From Candidatus Eiseniibacteriota bacterium (GTDB lineage Bacteria > Eisenbacteria > RBG-16-71-46): a DNA stretch of 64,000 nt. The translations under genes were made by a program, and so were the position numbers. Location: positions 2,688,001-2,752,000 of the forward strand of contig OY970342.1 in the NCBI GenBank assembly GCA_963717505.1, written 5' to 3'. Of the stretch, positions 56,625 to 64,000 are shown piece after piece. Every line of letters begins with the position of its first letter. Position 1 is the stretch's first letter. Below the pieces are notes generated by a model, which did not search any database, was not told where the DNA came from, and worked only from the letters and a program-made list of their open reading frames with translations.

Positions 56625-57520
56625 GCGTTGCTGCATGTCGACCCCGTCACCCAGCAGGTCAGGCACGCGCCGTGGCGCAACGGGAACGGTCCGAGCGCCT
56701 CCTCGAGGCGTGCGCCGAGGCGCGCCGCCGGCTCGTCGACCAGAAGCGGGCAGACGAACACGCCGCGGCTGGTGACCGCCCGGCACGATGCGCACGGCAG
56801 CCGTGTCGTGTCGAAGTCCGAAGGCGCCAGGTCCGCGAGCGTTTCGTCGGGGCCGTAGCCGCCACCGCGCTCGATCTCGCGTCCGAGACGGAACAGGGGC
56901 AGGACCTTGATGCGCGGGCGCGACAATCCGGCGGCGCGCAGCCGCTTCGCATGGAGCTCGCGAAACGCCAGGGGATCGCCCGGCTCGTGCTGGGTGAGCG
57001 TGAGGATCGGCAGCAGGCCGGCACGCTCCAGTCGCAGGAGCCCGGACATCGTCCGGGCGAACGCGCCGGGGCCGCGCACGGCATCGTGCGATTCGGGGGT
57101 CGAGCCGTCGAGGCTGACGCGAATCTCGAGCGCGTATCGCGAGCCGTCGCTGAGCCGGCGCAAGGCCGCCGCTCGTCCCGCGGTGAACAGCGTGCCGTTG
57201 GTCAGAACCGTGGTCGGGGCCACGGCCAGGGTGTCGGCGATCAGGGTCATCATCTCGGGATGGACGAATGGCTCGCCGCCGGTGAAGTAGAACTCGCGGA
57301 TGCCGAGGGCCAGGCCGTCGGCGACGTGCGCGGCCACGGTCTCGAGGTCGAGCAGGTCGTGACGGCGGATGCCCGGTCCGGAGGGAACGAAACAATGCGT
57401 GCACGACAGGTTGCACAGCGTTCCCGCGACCTGGATCCAGAGGGCATCCAGATGCAGGAGCGGCTGTACCGGCCACCGATCATCGGTGGCGGGGTCCGTG
57501 CGTATCGGCGAGCGTTGCAT
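56621..57520 (-). CDS. Radical SAM protein with Cys-rich C-terminal domain
   Basis: CNLSCTHC (CX3CX2C), FTGGEP, LTNGTL, VSLDG, HDAVRGPGAF; C-terminal CASC..VCP..CLTC..TCS. Confidence 0.92.
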   Translation of the reverse strand: MQRSPIRTDPATDDRWPVQPLLHLDALWIQVAGTLCNLSCTHCFVPSGPGIRRHDLLDLETVAAHVADGLALGIREFYFTGGEPFVHPEMMTLIADTLAVAPTTVLTNGTLFTAGRAAALRRLSDGSRYALEIRVSLDGSTPESHDAVRGPGAFARTMSGLLRLERAGLLPILTLTQHEPGDPLAFRELHAKRLRAAGLSRPRIKVLPLFRLGREIERGGGYGPDETLADLAPSDFDTTRLPCASCRAVTSRGVFVCPLLVDEPAARLGARLEEALGPFPLRHGACLTCWVTGSTCSNA

Positions 57521-57594
57521 GGAACCTCGTACCCGGGGGCCCGCCCACCCGATTCGGGCGCCCCGCATCGACCGTGCACGATGCAGCGGACCGG

Positions 57595-57624
57595 TTGACG
57601 CCGCGTCGAGCGAGTCCCTAATCT
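57595..57624 (+). promoter_or_regulatory. Putative promoter of the mrp-iscS-pdx operon
   Basis: TTGACG-N18-TAATCT. Confidence 0.5.
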
Positions 57625-57749
57625 AACGTGTTCGACACCACCGACGAAGGTCGGTGCGTCCGCCCACCGGCGCACGACGTCCGGGCCGCATGCCGAGAAA
57701 CGAGTCTCGTTGCCCGCCGTGACGGTCGGGCCGAGGGGGAGCCAGCGCG

Positions 57750-58830
57750 ATGTCCGACGTACGGAACGACGCCGTGTGGGACGCATTGCGCAAGGTCCAG
57801 GACCCGGACCTCAAGCGCGACCTGGTCACGCTCGGCATGATCGAGGACCTCGCGGTCGCGGGGGGTCGCGTGTCGTTCACGCTGGTGCTCACCACCGCGG
57901 CCTGCCCGCTCAAGGACGAGATCGAGGCGGAGTGCCGCGCCGCGGTGCAGCGCAGTGCCCGGGGTCCAGCGAGGTCGACGATCCGCACGACCTCGCGGGT
58001 GCGCAAGCCCAAGGACCCGACCGCCGACCGCAAGGCGCTGCGACGGAGTCGCGCACGTGATCGCGATCGGCAGCGGCAAGGGTGGGGTCGGCAAGTCCAC
58101 GGTCTCGGCGAATCTCGCAGCGTCGCTGGCCGCGACGCGGAGCCCGCGTCGGCCTGCTCGACGGCGACATCTACGGCCCCAACCTGCCGCGCATGCTCGG
58201 CGTGCGGCGCCAGCCGCTCGCAGCGCGAGGGCAAGATCATGCCGGTCGAGGCCTGGGGGCTGCGCTTCATGTCGATGGGTCTGCTGGTCGACCAGGGCGA
58301 GGCCGTGGTCTGGCGCGGACCCATGCTCCACGGCGCGATCAAGAGCTTCCTCCACGACGTCGACTGGGGCGAGCTCGACTACCTGCTGGTCGACCTGCCG
58401 CCCGGGACCGGCGACGTCCAGCTGTCGCTGATCCAGCAGACGTACGTCGGCGGGCGCGGTGGTGGTGACCACGCCGTCGACGGTCGCGATCGAGGACGCG
58501 GTCAAGGCGGTCTCGATGTTCGGCAAGCTCGAGGTGCCGGTGCTCGGGCGTGATCGAGAACATGAGCTACTTCGTGTGCCCGAACTGCTCACACGCGCCA
58601 CGACGATCTTCGCCTCCGGCGACCCGGAGACGCGCGAGCGCTAGCGCTGGGGCTTCCGTTCCTGGGGGCGATCCCGCTTCATCCGGACGTGCGCGACGGC
58701 GGCGATCACGGCCGCCCGGTCGTGCTCGAGCAGCCGGACAGCGGACTACTCGCGCGCGCTGCGCGCGCATCGCGGGACACCTCGCGCAGCGGGTCTCGAT
58801 CCAGACGCTGGGAGCGCCGGAGACGCGACA
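57750..58830 (+). CDS. apbC: Mrp/ApbC/NBP35 Fe-S cluster carrier ATPase (many apparent frameshifts; end approximate)
   Basis: DUF59-type N-terminus (VQDPDL..DLV.LG, TTAACP), [41 protein letters not shown]. Confidence 0.9.
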
Positions 58831-60031
58831 GCGAGATCTACGCCGACCACGCCGCCACCACGCGCGCTCGGCGCCCGAGGTGGTCGCGGCCATGCGCCGT
58901 ATCTTCGGGCCGAGGCGTTTCGGCAACGCCTCGTCGGTCCACCGCCGCGGCGAGGCGGCCCGCGATGCGCGTGGACCGCGCGCGCGCGGCGGTCGCCGAC
59001 CTGGTCGGCGCCACACCCGAGGAGATCGTGTTCACCGCGAGCGGCTCGGAGTCCAACAACCTGGCGCTCAAGGGACTGCTGGCGGGCGCCGTCGAAGGCC
59101 GGCGCCGGCTCGTGGTCTCCGCGATCGAGCACCCCTCGGTGCTCGAGACCGCGCGTCATCTCGAGGGCCGCGGCGTGCCGGTGACCGTGGTGCCGGTCGA
59201 CGAGCGCGGCCTGGTCGACCGACGTGCGTTGCGCCGAAGCCCTGGGCCCGGACGTGGCGCTGCTCTCGGTGATGTGGGTCAACAACGAGATCGGGACGAT
59301 CCAGCCGATCGCGCGAGCTCGCGGAGCGCGCGCACGCGTGCGGCGCCCGCGTTCCACTGCGACGCGGTGCAGGCGGCGGGCAAGCTGCCGATCGACGTCG
59401 ACGCGCTCGGGCGTCGATCTGTTGAGCCTCGCCGGGCACAAGTTCCACGGGCCGCCCGGGGCGGCCGCGCTGTTCGTGCGCCGGCGCACGCGGCTGGTGC
59501 CGCTGGTGCACGGCGGCCACCAGGAGCGCGGCGCGCCGCGCCGGCACCGAGAACCTGCCGGCGATCGTCGGGCTGGGCGTCGCCGCCGCGCGGGCGCAGA
59601 ACGCGCTGGCGGATGGCGTGGCCGCGAGCGCTCGGCACGCGCTGGGCGAGCGGCTGCTCGCCGGCCTGCTCGCGGCGCGTGCCCGGATCGCGGCTCAACG
59701 GCGACCGCGACCTGCGGGTCCGCTCGATCGTCAACCTGTTGGTGCCAGGCGTCGACGGCGAGGCCGTGCTGCACGAGCTCGACCACGCGGGCATCACGGT
59801 CTCGACCGGATCGGCGTGCGCGGCGGCGAGCCCGGGACCGTCGCACGTGCTGATGGCGCTGGGACTGCACGCCCGAGGAGGCGCACGCCAGCGTGCGATT
59901 CTCGCTGGGTGACGGACAACGACGACGACGACGTGCAAATCATCGTGCGCGAAACCCCGGCCGCGGTCGATCGAGTGCGGTCACTCGCCGGCGCGCCGCC
60001 CGGGAGGCGCGCGGCCACAGGAACGCCGTGA
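58830..60031 (+). CDS. iscS: Cysteine desulfurase, IscS/NifS group I (frameshifted; start approximate)
   Basis: [65 protein letters not shown]. Confidence 0.9.
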
Positions 60032-60070
60032 CGGCCGGGAACGGACCGGCCGCGAGAAGGAGGTAAACTC

Positions 60071-60988
60071 GTGAATCAGCAGGATCAGTTCCGGCTCAAG
60101 GTCGGACTCGCCGAGATGCTCAAGGGCGGCGTGATCATGGACGTGATGACCGCCGACCAGGCCCGGATCGCCGAGGAAGCCGGCGCCTCCGCGGTGATGG
60201 CGCTCGAGCGGATTCCGGCGCGCATCCGTCGCGACGGCGGCGTGGCGCGCATGTCGGACCCGCGGCTGATCAAGGAGATCGAGTCCGCGGTCTCGATCCC
60301 GGTGATGGCCAAGTGCCGGATCGGACACATCGCCGAGGCCCAGATCCTCGAGGCGCTCGAGCGTCGACTTCGTCGACGAGAGCGAGGTGCTGACCCCGGC
60401 CGACGAGGAGCACCACATCGACAAGCACGCACTTCAAGGTGCCGTTCGTGTGCGGCTGCCGCGATCTGGGCGAGGCGCTGCGCCGGATCGGCGAGGGCGC
60501 GGCGATGATCCGCACCAAGGGCGAGGCCGGAACCGGCAACGTGGTCGAGGCCGTGCGCCACATGCGCTCGGTGATGCGCGACATCCGCGTGCTGGCGACG
60601 CTGCCGCGAGGACGAGCTGATGGCCGAGGCCAAGCGCCTGGCGGCGCCCTACGAGCTGGTGCGCCAGGTGGCGCGCACCGGCAAGCTGCCGGTGCCGAAC
60701 TTCGCCGCCGGCGGCGTCGCAACCCCGGCCGACGCGGCGCTGATGATGAGCTCGGCGCCGAGGCGGTGTTCGTCGGCTCCGGCATCTTCGAGGTCGGACA
60801 GGATCTCAAACCGGACGAGGCGCGGCGCAACCAGCGGCGCATGGCGCGAGGCCATCGTCAAGGCCGTCACCAACTACAACCGACCCGACGTGCTCGCCGA
60901 GTCGAGCGAGGGGCTGCCGCAGGCGATGCGCGGCCTGTCGATGGAAGCGATCCCGGGCGAGCAGCAGCTCGCGAAGCGCGGCTGGTGA
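60071..60988 (+). CDS. pdxS: Pyridoxal 5'-phosphate synthase subunit PdxS (frameshifted)
   Basis: [62 protein letters not shown]-terminal RGW. Confidence 0.97.
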
Positions 60989-60994
60989 CGTGGC

Positions 60995-61640
60995 ATGCCG
61001 CGCGTCGGTGTGCTGAGCCTGCAGGGCGACTTCGCCCGCCACGCGCGCGACGCTCGAAGCGCTCGGTGTCGACGCCGGTGCGCGTGACGCTGCCCGCGCG
61101 ACCTCGAGGGGCTCGACGCACTGGTGCTGCCCGGCGGCGAGTCGACGACCATGCTGCGCCTGCTCGAGGCCACCGGGCTGCGCGCACCGCTCGAGCGATT
61201 CGTGCGCGAGCGGCCGGTGCTCGGCACCTGCGCGGGCGTGATCCTGCTCGCACGCGCGGCCGACCGGCTGCCGGCGCCGCCGCTCGGCGTGCTCGACGTC
61301 ACGGTCGAGCGCAACGCGTACGGTCGCCAGATCGACTCGTTCGTCGCCGACGTCGAAGTGGCACCCGCTGGGCCGCGCGTTCCCGGGCGTGTTCATCCGC
61401 GCCCCGCGCATCCGCGCGTCGGTGCTGGGGTCGAGGTGTTCGCGCGCCGCCGCGACCCGGAGGGACGAACCGAGCCGGTCGGGGTGCGCTCGGGGCGCGT
61501 CGTCGGACTCTGCTTCCATCCCGAGCTGACCCGCGACCTGCGCTCCACGCTGGTTCCTGACCGAGGTCGCCGGACTGCCGGTGCCCGGCGACGAGCGCGC
61601 GTCGATCCGATCGGCGGCTTCCGCCGAGGCGACTCGGTGA
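60995..61640 (+). CDS. pdxT: PLP synthase glutaminase subunit PdxT (frameshifted; end approximate)
   Basis: [45 protein letters not shown]. Confidence 0.95.
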
Positions 61641-62675
61641 AGCCCGCGTCTCCCCAGCGCGCCGCGTTCCACGAGTTCGTCGCCCGACATCGCCGCTTCC
61701 TGCTTCACCACGCACATGAACCCGACGGCGACGGCCTCGGCAGCGAGGTCGCGCATGGCGCTGTGGCTGCGCAGTCGCGCGGCAAGCACCGTGCGCATGC
61801 TCAACGACTCGGTCGCTGCCGCGCGCGTTCGCGTTCCTCGGCCGACCATCAGCCGATCGAGGCGTTCGAGCCGGAGCTGGCGGAGCGGCGCTTCGACGAG
61901 GCCGACGCGCTGATCGTGCTCGACACCAGCAACCGCCAGCGCATCGGCCGGCTGTCGGCCGCTGCTCGATCGCCACATCATGCCGATCGCGGTCGTCGAC
62001 CATCACGTGCTCGCACGCCCAGGGCTTCGGCCAGGTCAACGTCATCGAGCCCGAGGCCTCGGCCACCGGCGAGATCGTCTACGACCTGATCCGCGAGGCC
62101 GGCGACGCCGATCACGCCCGATCATGGCCGAGGCGCTGTACGTCGCGCTGATGACCGACACCGGCTCGTTCCGCTACTCGAACACCGACAGCCACGCCCA
62201 TCGCATGGCGGCCGAGCTGCTGGCGCACGGGCTCGATCCGCAGCGGCTGCACGCCCAGGTGCACTCGCACGCCACCGCCGGCCGGCTGCGCTTCTTCGGC
62301 GAGGTGCTGAGCGCGCTCGAGATGCGCGACGAGGGTCGCTGGTGGTGCTCGAGGCGTCGCCCGAGCAGTTCGCCGCGCCACGGCGCTCGTCGGGCGCCGA
62401 CACCGAGGGGCTGGTCGACATGCCGCGCACCATCGCCGGCGTCGAGGTGGTCGTGCTGTTCTCCGAGGTCGAGCCGGGCAAGGTCAAGGTGAGCCTGCGC
62501 TCGACCGGACGGGTCACGATCGATCGCGTGGCGCGCCAGCTGGGCGGCGGCGGACACCCGCACGCGGCCGGCGTCCATGCTGCGCGGCGCGCGCGCCGAG
62601 GTGCGCGCGCGCGTTCTCGGCGAGCTGTCGCGACTGGTGACGGCTCCGGCCCCCAGTCCGGCGCCCGTGCGATGA
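61637..62675 (+). CDS. nrnA: DHH/DHHA1 bifunctional oligoribonuclease / PAP phosphatase (frameshifted)
   Basis: H.NPDGDGLGS, LD, VDHH, TDTGSFRYSNT, SLRS, GGGHPHAAG. Confidence 0.9.
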
Positions 62676-63354
62676 GCGCCTCGAGCGCGGTGGCCTGGAG
62701 CAGTGGACCGCTCCCGGTTTCGGTGGTCGCCGACGCGGTCGGCCACCGCTACGCGCCCGGACGCGGGCTCGATCCGGTGAGCTTCAGCGTTGCCTCGCCT
62801 GGCGTGGTCGCGATCACCGGGGCCAACGGCTCCGGCAAGAGCACGCTGCTGCGGATCTTCGCCGGCCTGCTGCGCCCGAGCCACGGGAGCGCTCCGAATC
62901 GAATGGGAGGGACGGGCTCTCGAGCCCGCGAGGCGTCGTGACGTGGTTGGGTTTGCGTCGCCCGAGCTGGCGTTCTACGACGAGTTGACGGTCGCAGAGA
63001 ACCTGATCTTCGCCGCCGAGGCGCGCGGAATCGCGGCCGATGACTGGCGTGACGAGCGCTCGCGCGCGTCGGGCTCGACGAGCGCGCGCAGACGATCGAG
63101 TCCAGGCGCTGTCTTCGGGAATGAAGCAGCGGCTGCGACTGGCGTTCGCGCTGCTCGGACGATCCGCCGCTGCTGCTGCTCGACGAGCCGGGCAGCCATC
63201 TGGACGAGTCGGGGCGCGCAATCGTGCGCGACCTGCTCGATCAGCAGCGCGGCCGCGGACTGGTCGTGGTCGCCACCAACGACGAACGGGAGTGGAGATC
63301 TTGCCGACTCGACGAATCGAGCTTCGTGGCCGCGGTCTGGGCGATCCTGCGTAA
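62672..63354 (+). CDS. ccmA: Heme exporter ATP-binding protein CcmA-like (frameshifted)
   Basis: GANGSGKSTL, YDELTVAENL.F, LSSGMKQRL, LDEP..HLD; directly upstream of a ccmB-like gene. Confidence 0.75.
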
Positions 63355-63979
63355 GGAGTGCCGGAGCGAGTGGCGCACCCGCTACGGGCTCAATGCGGCG
63401 TTGCTGTTCGCGGTGACCACGCTGACCGCGGTCAGCTTCGCGGTCGGCCGGCTGGGCGACCGCGCCGACTTGCTGGCGCGCTGCTGTGGATCGTGCTGCT
63501 GTTCGCAGCACTGGCGTCGCTGAGCCACGCCTTCGTCCGCGAGGTCGAGGGCGCACACGCTGACGTTGCTTCGCCTGGTCGCATCGCCGACCGCGATCGC
63601 GACTCGGCAAGCTGCTGTTCAACCTGATCTTCCTCGTGGTGCTCGAGCTGGTGACCGTGCCGCTGTTCCTGGTGCTGATGGGCGGCGCCACCGCCGCCTG
63701 GGGACCGTTCCTCGTCCGTGCTCGCCCTCGGCAGCCTGGCGCTGGCGGCGGCCTGCACGCTGATCGGCGCGGTGATCGCGCAGACGCGTGGTCGCGGCGC
63801 CCTGTTCGCCGGCGATCTCGCTGCCGCTGCTGCTGCCGGTGCTGGCGGCCGCGGTGAGCGGCACCCGAGCCCAGTGGATCTCGGTTTCGCCCGACGCCGA
63901 GCTCAAGCTGCTCGCCGGCTACGCGGCGGCGGTGCTCGGCGCGAGCCTGCTCCTGTACGATCACCTGTGGAAGGAATGA
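63301..63979 (+). CDS. ccmB: Heme exporter membrane protein CcmB-like (frameshifted)
   Basis: AILRKE.RSEWRT, LLWIVLLFAA..SLSHAF.RE.E, KLLFNL, ISLPLLLPVL. Confidence 0.8.
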
Positions 63980-64000
63980 CCTCATGAAGCTCGCCCCGCT

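Noticed and set aside
57628-57749. Riboswitch in the apbC leader (several small hairpins)
   Set aside because: No recognisable aptamer consensus; such stems are expected at this GC content.
60995-62089. Apparent PdxT-DHH fusion ORF
   Set aside because: Error-rich region; a GTGA overlap at 61637-61640 explains two separate genes.

Overview
High-GC bacterial chromosome segment. T9SS-like C-terminal domains, a PorV-family gene and abundant D-S/T-x motifs suggest an uncultured FCB-group lineage such as Ca. Eisenbacteria; this is inference, not a database result. Gene order: prsK/prsR-like two-component pair, deoxynucleoside kinase, ileS, an orphan pilin-like gene, an M6 protease, an SH3-NlpC/P60 peptidase, an outer-membrane (OM) barrel, a TonB-dependent receptor (TBDR) + CTD cargo + PorV module, gdhA, an OM barrel + two lipoproteins, then mreBCD-mrdA-rodA-lgt-aroE-comF-ECF(MQO)-rarA. 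These are followed by two giant paralogous repeat adhesins (about 3350 and 2900 aa), a radical SAM + degenerate metallophosphoesterase pair, and mrp-iscS-pdxS-pdxT-nrnA-ccmAB. Many conserved genes are broken by indels that look like long-read consensus errors, so their boundaries are approximate. I found no rRNA, tRNA, CRISPR array or mobile element. The best candidates for undescribed systems are: the TBDR-CTD cargo-PorV module with an upstream uORF; the radical SAM/pseudo-phosphoesterase pair; the barrel + twin-lipoprotein operon carrying a TWGxxRxxY tail and dense glycosylation-like sequons; and an ECF transporter with a remodelled metal-binding N-terminus.
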